Positions 34,201 to 43,901 of a DNA stretch of 64,000 nt are shown in pieces; positions within the stretch are counted from its first letter, which is position 1; each line of letters opens with the position of its first letter. The notes beneath the pieces were generated by a model that searched no databases, had not been told where the DNA came from, and saw only the letters and a program-made list of their open reading frames with translations. The DNA comes from an uncultured Gemmatimonadaceae bacterium. Its GTDB lineage: Bacteria > Gemmatimonadota > Gemmatimonadetes > Gemmatimonadales > GWC2-71-9. The position numbers and the translations under genes are program-made. The stretch covers positions 12,362 to 76,361 of the forward strand of contig CAZOES010000004.1 in NCBI GenBank assembly GCA_964578865.1, written 5' to 3'.

Positions 34201-36645
34201 TCAACTCCCGCCGGTGAGCGCGGTGGATGGCTCGACCCGCGCGGCCCGCCGGGCCGGAACAATCGCGGCCGCGGCGCCGGCAATCAGCGCGGCGGCGAGT
34301 ACGACCAGAAGTACGCCGGCATCGAGCGCACCTACGCCAAATAGAAGGCCGGAGAGCAGGCGAGCCGACAGCAACGCTCCCAGGAGACCGGCAGCGGCGC
34401 CGATCGACACCAGGGTGGCCGACTCCTTGCCGACCAGCGCAATTACATCGGCAGGTCCCGCGCCGAGCGCCATCCGGATGGCCAACTCTCTCCTCCGCTG
34501 ATTCACCAAATAGGAAAGCACCGCGTAGGTTCCCGCCATGGCCAGGAGCAAGGCTGCGATGGCGTAACCGGCCATGAGCCGAGTCGCGGTGGTCATGCGG
34601 GCCCGGGCTTCCAGCAGGATGTCACCCATCGAGGCGACCTTGTCGGTCGCAGCACTGGGTGCGGCTGCAGAGATGATACGCCGGATTGAAGGGGCCAGCG
34701 CCATGGCGTCTCCCCGGGCTCGAACCACGAGGTAGATCTCGGTCCTGAATGCGAGATTGGCGTAGGTCCCCAGCCCGGGCGCGTAAAACTCGGGTCTCGG
34801 CGCTTCGGTGAGACTGCGATTCCTGGCGTCGGCCACGATGCCGATAATCGGCATCCAGGGCGAGGCTGGTCCGAAACGAAGCCGGTGACCGATCGGGTCA
34901 GTGCCGTCAGGGAAAAGCCGTTTCGCCAGTCCCTCGCTGATCACCAGTGGAGTGAGGGCCGGGCCGGCGTCGTCGTCGGTGAACAAACGTCCGCTCCGCA
35001 GAGGAATTCCCATGGCCGCAAAGTATCCCTGACTGACTACGCGATAGTCGGCCAGCGGATCGGTACCGTCGGCCTTGAACGGGCGCCCTTCGACGGCCAT
35101 AGCCATGTCCTGACGGCCACGGGTGAGAGGCAACGCGTTTACCAACCCGGCTGCAGCCACACCAGGCAGGCTCCCCGCCTCGCTTACCAGTCTGCGAAGC
35201 AGGGTTTCCCGGGCCGATCGATCCTGCAGAACAGCCTCGGGAAGATTGAATCGTACCGTGATGGTAGAGTCGGGATGAAAGCCCAGTTGTACCTGCTCCA
35301 CCGAACGGGCAGACGCGATCAGCAGACCGGCCCCGTGGACCAGCAGTACCGCCAGCCCCACCTGAGCCGCAGCCAGCCCTCGGCGAATCCGGTTGGCACC
35401 GGCTGTTCCGGTTCCGACTCGGTTCCGGAGGCCGCTCCCAGGATCTCGCCGGACCACCAGGGCAACCGGCAAGGCGCCGACTGCCACTCCGATTATCAGC
35501 ACCACGATCGCGGTCACCGCGAGCAGCGACCCGTCGCTGAGCGGGCCGCGTACCGCGATGCTGAGTGGCAGGAGTGTGGCCAGTAATCGGGCGCCACCGA
35601 TCGCCAGAATCATCCCCAGCAGGGCGCCACTGGCAGTGAGAATCAGACCCTCGATCAATGCCCCGCGGATCAGCCGGCCACGGGTGGCACCCATCGCGGC
35701 ACGGACTGCCAGTTCCTCACCCCTGACAATGACTGCGGCCAGCTGAAGATTGGCTACGTTGGCGCAGGTGAGAAGCAGCAGCATCAGTACGCCCGCCAGG
35801 AGAAGTCTGACGATTGGCCGAGCGTCTCCCACCAGATCCTCTGCCAGAGGATGGACGTCGGCAAAGTATCCGGATGGATCGACGGCGGTGCCCGGATGGG
35901 GGCCGGGATACTCGCGCCCGACGGCGCGGAGCAGGTCGGTCAGTTCCTTCCGCGCCTGATCGAGGGTCTGACCCTCGCGAAGCCGGCCCACCGGGTTGAA
36001 CCGATTGTTATAAGGGTTCACCGAGGCGGGATCGATCTGAAATGCCTCCCAGGCCCCGACCTCACGGGAAGGAAATGCAACCCACGCCGGCAGCACTCCC
36101 ACAATCGTGTATGGCTCTCCTTCGAGATTGGCTATCCGGCCGATGACGGCTGAGTCGGCGTGAAATGCTGCTCGCCAAAGCCAGTTTGACAGCAGCAGCG
36201 CGCGAGGGCCACCGGGTTGTCCTTCCTCGGCCGTGAATGCCCGGCCGATGGCCGGTTCGATCCGGAGCACCGGGAAGATCGACGTCGATATCTGGGCCAC
36301 AATCAGCCGGCGAGGAGTAGCTTCGCCCAGCAGATTGGCGTCCCGGGTGTCCCAGGTGCCGACCGCCTCGAGCGAACGGGCTTCGGCCAGCCTTCGAAAG
36401 CCGACATCGGAGTATGAGAGCCGGAGATCGGGAAAGGCGGGAATGATCTGCCGGATGCTGACCAGCCGACTGGCATGGTCGAATGGAAGCGGGCGGAGCA
36501 GGACGGCATCGACCACGGTGAAGATCGCGAGCGAGGCACCGATACCGATGCCCAGCGTCGCGGCCACCACGATCGAGTGAAACGGGCGATTGGTAATGCG
36601 CCGGAGGGCGAACCAGAAGTCGTGCCCCAGGCCCAGGCTTTTCAC
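34201..36645 (-). CDS. ADOP/MacB-type duplicated FtsX-domain ABC permease
   Basis: 814 aa. N-terminus FWFALRRITNRPFHSIVVAATLGIGIGASLAIFTVVDAVLLRPLPF. Two FtsX-like 4-TM modules are separated by large periplasmic regions. No ATPase domain in the ORF. GTGA overlap with the upstream small gene. Confidence 0.85.
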   Translation of the reverse strand: MKSLGLGHDFWFALRRITNRPFHSIVVAATLGIGIGASLAIFTVVDAVLLRPLPFDHASRLVSIRQIIPAFPDLRLSYSDVGFRRLAEARSLEAVGTWDTRDANLLGEATPRRLIVAQISTSIFPVLRIEPAIGRAFTAEEGQPGGPRALLLSNWLWRAAFHADSAVIGRIANLEGEPYTIVGVLPAWVAFPSREVGAWEAFQIDPASVNPYNNRFNPVGRLREGQTLDQARKELTDLLRAVGREYPGPHPGTAVDPSGYFADVHPLAEDLVGDARPIVRLLLAGVLMLLLLTCANVANLQLAAVIVRGEELAVRAAMGATRGRLIRGALIEGLILTASGALLGMILAIGGARLLATLLPLSIAVRGPLSDGSLLAVTAIVVLIIGVAVGALPVALVVRRDPGSGLRNRVGTGTAGANRIRRGLAAAQVGLAVLLVHGAGLLIASARSVEQVQLGFHPDSTITVRFNLPEAVLQDRSARETLLRRLVSEAGSLPGVAAAGLVNALPLTRGRQDMAMAVEGRPFKADGTDPLADYRVVSQGYFAAMGIPLRSGRLFTDDDAGPALTPLVISEGLAKRLFPDGTDPIGHRLRFGPASPWMPIIGIVADARNRSLTEAPRPEFYAPGLGTYANLAFRTEIYLVVRARGDAMALAPSIRRIISAAAPSAATDKVASMGDILLEARARMTTATRLMAGYAIAALLLAMAGTYAVLSYLVNQRRRELAIRMALGAGPADVIALVGKESATLVSIGAAAGLLGALLSARLLSGLLFGVGALDAGVLLVVLAAALIAGAAAAIVPARRAARVEPSTALTGGS

Positions 36646-37007
36646 GACTTGAGTTTCCCGCTGACCGTCCCCTTGTCGCCATTGAACGTGAAGGAGCCGG
36701 TGACCTGATCGCCTTTGAACTCCAGGTCGTAGTGCACCGCCACTCCCGGTGCGCTGCTTTCAAGCGCCAGCCTGTTGCCCTTGCGTTCGCCGGCCCGGAC
36801 CGGTGAGTCGTGGTCACCGACTTTCATCCTGGCGGTGAGGCTGTCCCCGGTCTGCGCCAGAGTGAGCGTTCCATCCATCACTCCGCCACCGAAAACGATC
36901 TGGAGATTGTAGGTACCGGTCCTGATCGTTTCCGCCCCATGATTCTGGGCCGAAAGCTGCTGACTCAGGGTAAGTGCGAGGCCGAGCGCGAAGAGAGATC
37001 GAAGCAT
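36642..37007 (-). CDS. small exported hypothetical protein
   Basis: 121 aa. Signal peptide MLRSLFALGLALTLSQQLSAQ, then a beta-rich sequence (TYNLQIVFGGGVMDGTLTLAQTGDSLTARMKV...). Translationally coupled to the permease. No family recognised. Confidence 0.55.
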   Translation of the reverse strand: MLRSLFALGLALTLSQQLSAQNHGAETIRTGTYNLQIVFGGGVMDGTLTLAQTGDSLTARMKVGDHDSPVRAGERKGNRLALESSAPGVAVHYDLEFKGDQVTGSFTFNGDKGTVSGKLKS

Positions 37008-37008
37008 G

Positions 37009-37042
37009 ACAATCCTTCGGGTGAGAGGTCGCCCGAAGGATT
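37009..37042 (-). promoter_or_regulatory. 12-bp perfect hairpin directly abutting the start codon and containing the Shine-Dalgarno
   Basis: CAATCCTTCGGG (37009-37020) / CCCGAAGGATTG (37031-37042). In mRNA sense this reads ...CAAUCCUUCGGGCGACCUCUCACCCGAAGGAUUGUCAUG, so the GAAGGA SD is in the 3' arm and the ATG follows 2 nt later. Confidence 0.45.
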
Positions 37043-37138
37043 GGGTGGATCAGGCTGGCTGCGCGATAGCGATGCAGCCAACCCGATGAATGGTGCAGCC
37101 AAACTGCAGGGGAGCCCGGCTCAACCGGGCGGCTTAGT

Positions 37139-39244
37139 CTATCGTGGTATCACCGGGAGGACGACGTGGGTCGGATGGGCCGCGTCGTGCAGCACCCGCT
37201 GGTGGGCTACCACAAAGGTCGAATCCCGTTCGTTGTTCCCACCGGTGTTGAGGTTGCGGTCATACTTGGGGAACAGAGCCGAAGAGATGCTGACCCGCAG
37301 GCGATGGCCCGGCGGGAACACCATCGAAGTAAACCACAGATCGATGTCGTAGCGCTCGACCTGTCCGTTCACGAGCGGCACCTCTTTGTCCATTCCCTTC
37401 CGGAATCGGGCCCGGGCAAAACCATCCTGCACCCGCTCGGCGTGACCATCGGGAAAGACGTCGAGCAGCATGATGCCCCAGTCGGTGTCTTTGGCATCGC
37501 TTGAGGCCCAAATCGTCGCTGACATCTCGCCGGTGACTTCGAGAGGTTTGGTCAGCGGCTTGGAAGTGAAGACCAGCGCGTCCTTCCGGGATGCATTGAG
37601 GGCGGTGTAGTCCTCGTTGAGCGACTCTTCCAACTCGCGGGAGTCGATGAGGTACGGGGTGGGATCGCCGGGATTGTAGCTGAAGGTGTCGGCCACGGCG
37701 CCCTTGGGCGGCAGGCTGTCCAGTACACCATCTCCGCTGCTGGTCTGGGCCGAACCACCCGACGAGATGTACCACTTGGTCGCCTTGGCGCGGGCCAACG
37801 GCCACTCGTTTTCCTTGCGCCAGGTGTTGTCGCCCTGCACGAAGATGTCGACCGGAGGGAGCTTATCCACTCCGTTGTCCTTGCCCATCAGGTAGTGATC
37901 GAACCAGCGAAGCTGGAGGTCGCGGTAGGCATAGCGGGCCTGGGGTCCGAAATCGCCGGCGACATAATCGACCCCCTTGTGGGCGTGGGTACCCATCACC
38001 AAATGCCAGGCGGGATGCTGGGGGTTCTTGAGCAGCGCGTTGGTGTAATCGAGCGGCCCCCTCGAATCGTCGTGCCAGCCGGCCATCGACAGGACCGGCA
38101 CGTTCACCTTGTTGATGTAGGTGGTGACGGCGCGATCACGCCAATACTGGTCCAGCGTCGGATGGGCGATCCAGCGATCCCACAGCGCTATCTGACCGCA
38201 GCCGAGCCGTTGAGGGAGCGTCGATAGCGGCAGGTGAGTAATGGCCTCGCCGATATCCAGCTCTGCGGTGTTGGTGGCCATATCGCGCTCCCGCATCAGG
38301 CAGGCCCAGTCGACATTGATCGGGCCGAAGGCCATGGCTGCGTAGGGCACGATGCGCCAGGGATCGGAGGTGGCGGCGGTCGGTGAGATCGCGGCCAGGT
38401 GGGGCGGGGCACTTACCGCCGCGTACCAGGCCAGTCGCCCCTCATCTGAGTGCCCGATCAGGGCGACCTTGCCATTCGACCCGGGGAGCCGGGCGGCCCA
38501 CTCGACTGCGTCGTACCCGTCCTGAATGTCGGTGCTGTAGTCCCCGAAGTCTTTGACGTCGCCGCTCGACTTGCCGCGACCCCGGACCAGCTGACCGATG
38601 TAGATGTAGCCGCGCGATGCCCACCAGCGTCCGGCCCCGGGGTTGGTGGCACGATAGGGTGAGCGCTGCATCACCACGCCGAAGGGGCCGTTCCCCACCG
38701 GACGCACCATGTAGGTCTCCAGTTTGGTAACGCCATCGCGCAGCGGCATGAGTATCGAGGTGTCGATGGAGACGGCATACTGCGAATCGGACGCAGGCAT
38801 GGTCCACACCTGATAATCCTGCTCCACCACGCCGGGTGTAGCTCGACGGACCAGGCGGTAACGCCGGTCCATCGGCTTGCCGTCGACGAACTGCACGCCG
38901 GTCAGGGTGTCGCCGTGCCAGGCCGCACGCATGACCACCTTTGCATCCTGAGTCAGCAGCACCGAATCGCCCCTGGCCGCGATGCTGGTGACATTCAGAA
39001 TCTGCTGGCCGGTGCGGCGACGGAGCCAGCCGGAGTCGCTGGGTGCGAAATGAGCGAATCCCATCCGGCGCCAACCCTCGAAGCCGAAATGAGGCCGCGC
39101 ACTCAGGGCGATGTAGACATCCCACTCGCCGGCCAGGCTGGGGAGCGGTTGGCGGGCAGCCCGAACGGAGTTGGCCGCCAACCCCAGCGCGACCAGGACC
39201 ACCAGCGCGAGCGCGCCACGGACAGGTAAGGCCCAGTGCTTCAT
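37139..39244 (-). CDS. CocE/NonD-family (S15-like) hydrolase, exported
   Basis: The ORF track start is 39307. The ATG at 39244 gives signal peptide MKHWALPVRGALALVVLVALGLAANSVRA and follows the upstream stop (39246-39248). Motifs VALIGHSDEGRLAW and the C-terminal HRLRVSISSALFPKYDRNLNTG. Confidence 0.85.
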   Translation of the reverse strand: MKHWALPVRGALALVVLVALGLAANSVRAARQPLPSLAGEWDVYIALSARPHFGFEGWRRMGFAHFAPSDSGWLRRRTGQQILNVTSIAARGDSVLLTQDAKVVMRAAWHGDTLTGVQFVDGKPMDRRYRLVRRATPGVVEQDYQVWTMPASDSQYAVSIDTSILMPLRDGVTKLETYMVRPVGNGPFGVVMQRSPYRATNPGAGRWWASRGYIYIGQLVRGRGKSSGDVKDFGDYSTDIQDGYDAVEWAARLPGSNGKVALIGHSDEGRLAWYAAVSAPPHLAAISPTAATSDPWRIVPYAAMAFGPINVDWACLMRERDMATNTAELDIGEAITHLPLSTLPQRLGCGQIALWDRWIAHPTLDQYWRDRAVTTYINKVNVPVLSMAGWHDDSRGPLDYTNALLKNPQHPAWHLVMGTHAHKGVDYVAGDFGPQARYAYRDLQLRWFDHYLMGKDNGVDKLPPVDIFVQGDNTWRKENEWPLARAKATKWYISSGGSAQTSSGDGVLDSLPPKGAVADTFSYNPGDPTPYLIDSRELEESLNEDYTALNASRKDALVFTSKPLTKPLEVTGEMSATIWASSDAKDTDWGIMLLDVFPDGHAERVQDGFARARFRKGMDKEVPLVNGQVERYDIDLWFTSMVFPPGHRLRVSISSALFPKYDRNLNTGGNNERDSTFVVAHQRVLHDAAHPTHVVLPVIPR

Positions 39245-39245
39245 T

Positions 39246-40673
39246 TCATGTCTCCAGGCTGACCGGCGATTGGGCTCGCCGCCTTGAGGCGAGCAGGATG
39301 GCAACACCCACGAGGTTCATCACCACGATCATGGTCGCGATCTTGAAGGCGAAACCGGCTTCGTTTTCGACTTTGATGATCGGGAACATCGACAGAATGA
39401 TGTAGAGCAGCGTCATCACTAACCCGGACACGGATGCGATCCGGAGCCAGAGTGATGGTCTGGGACTCACCCCGCGCAAACCGAACAACGGAATCGCGAA
39501 CATCACGACATAGGTCAGAGCATAGAAGGTGCCGCCGGCGTTGAACAGCAGCTGAAACGCTTCGGCTTGCCCTACACCGATCAGGCTCAGCAGCGACACC
39601 ACAAAGGCGCAGCCGGCGACCAGCAGGATCGAATTCACCGGGGTTCGATACCGCGGATGCAGCTTGCTGAATGAAGCCGGCAGCAGCCGGTCCCAGCCGG
39701 CTACCATAGGCAGCCGGGTGACCGCGGTGAAACTGACGCTCACCTGGGCTATGCGCATCGCAAGAGTCATCAGGATGGCGATGGTCACCAGCGGCCCGGC
39801 AATACCAAATGGACCGAAGCCGGCGCGCAACACCTGCGGCATCGGTCCGACCAGATCGATCTGCTCGGCCGGGACATAGGCGACGACCGTTGCGGTACCC
39901 ATGATGAACATGATCGCAATCGCCGGCGCCGCGATATAGACCGAGCGTCGCACTGCGCTCGAGGGGGCGTGGGTCTCCCCGGCGAGAATGGCGATGTACT
40001 CGAAGCCTCCCAGGGCCCCGAACCCCAGCTTGGCGAGGATGTTCAGGTTGAAGAGGGAAGCTTCGGGAATCTCAGTGCGGAAAGGATGGAACTCCTGAAG
40101 ATGGCCGGCGGCGAGGCCGAGGAACGGAAGCAGCATCAGCACCGCAAAGATGATCAGCATGAACACGCCGCCGATACTGTGGACCCACTTGCCTACCGCG
40201 AGTCCGATGGTCGCTGCGAGCGCCATCAATCCCAGCAGCACCGCCGAAGAGAGCGCCACGAACCAGGTGCTGGAGGTCATCCATGCGGCGCTGGGACCGA
40301 TGGCATATGCCAGATAGGTGGCGCACTGGATCCCGATCTCGGAGGTGTAGACGATGACATACAGCCAGAGATTCCACGCCAGCAGGAATCCCACCACCGG
40401 GTTGAATCCCAGTTTGGCCCACTGGTAGAGGCCGCCTTCGAGGGGCATCAACTGGTTGAGGTAGATCACCACTGCCGACATCGGCAGATAGAAGAACACC
40501 ATGGCGAGGAGCCACAGGATGACGTGCGAAGGCCCCAGCTTGCCGGCCACCCCGATCCAGGTGAGCCCGATGATGAAGAGGATCTGGGTCAGCGCCAGGT
40601 CGCGCACGCCCAGCTCCTTCTTGAGCGCGGCGCTGTGGGCCTCGACCTTGGCTTCTTCCTGCGCGAGCGTCAT
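39246..40673 (-). CDS. APC-superfamily amino acid/polyamine permease
   Basis: 475 aa with about 12 TM segments. It has the typical N-terminal LKKELGVRDLALTQILFIIG-type segment. ATGA overlap with the M20 gene stop. Confidence 0.85.
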   Translation of the reverse strand: MTLAQEEAKVEAHSAALKKELGVRDLALTQILFIIGLTWIGVAGKLGPSHVILWLLAMVFFYLPMSAVVIYLNQLMPLEGGLYQWAKLGFNPVVGFLLAWNLWLYVIVYTSEIGIQCATYLAYAIGPSAAWMTSSTWFVALSSAVLLGLMALAATIGLAVGKWVHSIGGVFMLIIFAVLMLLPFLGLAAGHLQEFHPFRTEIPEASLFNLNILAKLGFGALGGFEYIAILAGETHAPSSAVRRSVYIAAPAIAIMFIMGTATVVAYVPAEQIDLVGPMPQVLRAGFGPFGIAGPLVTIAILMTLAMRIAQVSVSFTAVTRLPMVAGWDRLLPASFSKLHPRYRTPVNSILLVAGCAFVVSLLSLIGVGQAEAFQLLFNAGGTFYALTYVVMFAIPLFGLRGVSPRPSLWLRIASVSGLVMTLLYIILSMFPIIKVENEAGFAFKIATMIVVMNLVGVAILLASRRRAQSPVSLET

Positions 40674-42058
40674 GAGTTAGCCGGCCTCCCCAGGGAATCC
40701 CACAACCGAGTCCACGCTGCCAGGCCCTGATGCAGCCGGTTCACCCGGAAGAACTCGTTCGGTGCGTGAAAGTCTTCATCGCCGGTCGAGAACGAGAAGT
40801 ACACTGTCTCCAATCCCAGCAGCCGCTGGAAAATCTCGGCCACCGGGAGGGTACCACCCATCCGGACAAAGAGCGGCTTCATTCCACAGGTCGCTTCGAG
40901 TGCGGCTGCCGCGGCCTGGAGTACCGGATTGTGGCGATCGATGTGGCAGGGCCGGGCCCCGGGATCGCCCGGGTCGACGGTGATCTGAGCACCGGCCGGC
41001 ACATGACTCAGCAGGTGCCGGGTCACCAGATCAACGATCTCATCCGGTTCCTGATCCGGTACCAGCCGGCAGGTGATCTTGGCGTGAGCGGTCGACGGGA
41101 TCACCGTCTTCTGACCGGGGCCCTGATACCCGCCCCACATGCCGTTGATCTCCAGCGTGGGCCGAGTCCACTGTCGCTCCAGAGTGGAGTAGCCGGGCTC
41201 GCCGACGGGAGCCGACGCCCCCACCTGCTTGAGATACGTCCCCTCGTCGAAGGGCAGTCCCTTGAGCTCGTCCCGTTCGGCCGCACTCAGCTCGCGGACC
41301 CGGTCATAGAACCCGGCGACCGCAACACGGCCGTCAGGTTCATGCAGCGAAGCAATGAGCCTGGCCATCGCGTGCAAGGGGTTGGCGATGCCGCCCCCGT
41401 GTCGCCCCGAATGCAGATCCTTGGCCGGCCCTCGTACCGTCAGCTCCACGCCCGCCAGGCCCCGGTTGGCCAGCGTCAGCGATGGTTCGTCGATCCGCCA
41501 CATCGCGCCGTCGGCCGAGATGACGATGTCGGCCTTGAGCCGCTCGCGGTGCCGGGCCACGAAGGGTTCGAGATGCCTGCTGCCGATCTCTTCTTCCCCT
41601 TCGATCATGAACTTCAGATTGATCGGCAAACGGCCCTGGGTGGCGAAAAAGGCTTCAGCGACCTTGATGGGAACCAGCATCGGTCCCTTGTCGTCCGAGA
41701 CGCCGCGGGCGTAGAGCCGGCCATCGCGGACCGTGGGCTTGAACGGTGGACTCTGCCACCGCTCCAGCGGGTCGGCCGGCTGCACGTCGTAGTGACCATA
41801 GATCAATGCCGTCGGCGCACCCGGCGCACCCAGCCACTCGGCGTAGACGACACTTGCGCCGGGTGTGGGCATGATCTGAACCTCGAATGGCCCGGCCGCT
41901 CTGAGCCGGGCCGCGACCCACGCAGCCGCAGAGTCGCAGTCAGACGAATGCACCGGATCGGTGCTGATGCTCGGAATGGAGGCGAACTCGATCAGCTCGC
42001 CCAGAATCCCCTCGTGCCGTTGCTCGAGGTACCCCAGCACCTCGGCCAGCCCAGTCAC
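40670..42058 (-). CDS. M20-family dipeptidase / metallo-hydrolase
   Basis: Motifs IYGHYDVQPA, YARGVSDDKGPM and MIEGEEEIGSRHL (metal-binding Asp/Glu). GTGA overlap with the SDR stop. Confidence 0.88.
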   Translation of the reverse strand: MTGLAEVLGYLEQRHEGILGELIEFASIPSISTDPVHSSDCDSAAAWVAARLRAAGPFEVQIMPTPGASVVYAEWLGAPGAPTALIYGHYDVQPADPLERWQSPPFKPTVRDGRLYARGVSDDKGPMLVPIKVAEAFFATQGRLPINLKFMIEGEEEIGSRHLEPFVARHRERLKADIVISADGAMWRIDEPSLTLANRGLAGVELTVRGPAKDLHSGRHGGGIANPLHAMARLIASLHEPDGRVAVAGFYDRVRELSAAERDELKGLPFDEGTYLKQVGASAPVGEPGYSTLERQWTRPTLEINGMWGGYQGPGQKTVIPSTAHAKITCRLVPDQEPDEIVDLVTRHLLSHVPAGAQITVDPGDPGARPCHIDRHNPVLQAAAAALEATCGMKPLFVRMGGTLPVAEIFQRLLGLETVYFSFSTGDEDFHAPNEFFRVNRLHQGLAAWTRLWDSLGRPANS

Positions 42059-42813
42059 TTGCCACCATCAATCGAAAGGACCTGGCCCGTCACCCAGCCG
42101 GCCGACTCCGAGGCGAAGAACAACACCCCGTTGGCGATATCCTCGACTGCGCCGAGTCGCTTGAGCGCGATCCCTTCGATGAGCGCCTTCTGCCGGTCGG
42201 CGCCGTACGCCTGCCATTGGCGTTCGGTGGTCGGATTGGAGCGAACGAACCCAGGTGCCACGTTGTTGACCGTGATGCCCCAGGGTCCCAGCTCGTGCGC
42301 CAGCTGGCGGGTGAGACCGATCTGGGCAGCCTTCGCCGCAGCGTAGGCTTGAATCCCCGTCAGGCTGATGCCGAGCCCGGCGCCGCTCGAGATGTTGATG
42401 ATGCGGCCGAATTTCGCGGACTTCATGCCTGGTGCCACCGCTTGCGAGCAGATGAAAGCACCGGTCACGTTGACGTCGAAGATGGATTGCCACTGCGTCG
42501 GGGTAACCTCTTCCAGCGGCTGACCGACCTGGCCCAGCACACCGCCGGCGTTGTTCACCAGAATACTCACGGCACCTGACGCCTTCGACGCCTCGGCTAC
42601 CAAACGACTCACCGCGTCCCGGTTGCTCACGTCCACGGTGCGTACGGCGCATCCGCTCCCGCAGAGTCTCGCGGTCTCGGCCAGCTCGTCTTCAATGACA
42701 TCGCAGGCCCACACCCGAGCGCCGCGGCTGGCCAAGGCGAGCGCGATCGCGCGACCGAACCCGTGGGCCGCCCCAGTGACGATCACGGTGCGACCGCTAA
42801 AGTCGAGGTTCAC
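42055..42813 (-). CDS. SDR-family oxidoreductase (FabG-like)
   Basis: Cofactor motif VIVTGAAHGFGRAIA, NNAG, and catalytic YAAAKAA (YxxxK). GTGA overlap with the upstream stop. Confidence 0.9.
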   Translation of the reverse strand: MNLDFSGRTVIVTGAAHGFGRAIALALASRGARVWACDVIEDELAETARLCGSGCAVRTVDVSNRDAVSRLVAEASKASGAVSILVNNAGGVLGQVGQPLEEVTPTQWQSIFDVNVTGAFICSQAVAPGMKSAKFGRIINISSGAGLGISLTGIQAYAAAKAAQIGLTRQLAHELGPWGITVNNVAPGFVRSNPTTERQWQAYGADRQKALIEGIALKRLGAVEDIANGVLFFASESAGWVTGQVLSIDGGK

Positions 42814-43901
42814 GATACCAGGGCCTCGAGATTCTCCCGCGCCAGAGGACGAAGTCCCCGTTCGATCTGCTGGATCAGGGTGACCACTTTGGCTGTCAGG
42901 GGCGTCGGGACGCCGGCCTTTGCGCCGATACTGACCACGATGCCGAGCTGAGCGTCGACTTCGGTGGGCCGTTTGCGGATGGCCAGGTCGCGCCAGATCC
43001 CGCTGTGGGTCTTGGCGGATTTCCGGTTGTGGGCCACCAGGTCATCGAGCGACCGGGAAGCGGCGCCGGGCGTTGCATCGGGCAGGTAGACCGCCGGATC
43101 GAAGCCGTCGAACGACTCGGGCTTCACCCCCTGGGAGAGTGCGACCGCCAGAATCTCCCGCGCCAGCGCGATGTAGAGTGGGCGATACTTTGGTTGGGCC
43201 AGCGAATCGGCGATCGAATCATTGGTGAGCGCGGTAGCGAACAGCATTGCGCCGTAGGCTTCCTTGGCCCAGAGATAGCCGAAGATGTTTCCGGTCGCGA
43301 TAGAGCGCTCGTCAAAGTCGCGCCATTCATCTCTCAGTCGAATGGCTCTGGCAGAGAGTCTCGCGTCCGGCGGTCCAAACGCCTCTCCCACTGCCACCGT
43401 TCCACGCCCACCGTAGAGCACTACTCCTGGCTCCAGGTAGTCCGCGCCAAAATTTACGAACGCCCCAACTGTCCGCCCCTCGCCCACTACTTCGGCGATG
43501 GTCAGCTCATTGAGACCGTTCTGGGCTGAGACAACACAACCGGCGGGAGCAAGGTGGGGAAGCAGCCCGCGACAGGCGCCAAGGGTATGATGCGCCTTGG
43601 TGGCGAGGATGATGGTGTCCCAGGTGCCGGAGAGCTGCTCGGGCGTGAAAGCGGGGAGCTGGATGGAGAATTCTGCAATGGGCCCGGTGATGCGGAGCCC
43701 CGAGCGATTGATGGCGGCGACGTGGTCGGCCACGTTGTCGACCAGGGTTACCTCGTGGCCGGCGCGCGCCAGGTATGCGCCCATAGTGCCCCCGATGGCG
43801 CCGGCTCCCCAGACCAGACAGCGTCCCTTCGATCCGGTTACGATGGGCCACCCCACGGACCGTCCAGCAGTGCCCGGGTCTCCTCGACCGCGACCTGCCA
43901 C
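42810..43901 (-). CDS. ketopantoate reductase (PanE/ApbA) family oxidoreductase
   Basis: Rossmann motif VWGAGAIGGTMGAYLARAGHEVTLV, with a C-terminal ApbA_C-like helical part. The start is uncertain: GTG at 43901 (64-nt overlap with the upstream gene) or GTG at 43856 (19-nt overlap). Confidence 0.78.
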   Translation of the reverse strand: MAGRGRGDPGTAGRSVGWPIVTGSKGRCLVWGAGAIGGTMGAYLARAGHEVTLVDNVADHVAAINRSGLRITGPIAEFSIQLPAFTPEQLSGTWDTIILATKAHHTLGACRGLLPHLAPAGCVVSAQNGLNELTIAEVVGEGRTVGAFVNFGADYLEPGVVLYGGRGTVAVGEAFGPPDARLSARAIRLRDEWRDFDERSIATGNIFGYLWAKEAYGAMLFATALTNDSIADSLAQPKYRPLYIALAREILAVALSQGVKPESFDGFDPAVYLPDATPGAASRSLDDLVAHNRKSAKTHSGIWRDLAIRKRPTEVDAQLGIVVSIGAKAGVPTPLTAKVVTLIQQIERGLRPLARENLEALVS

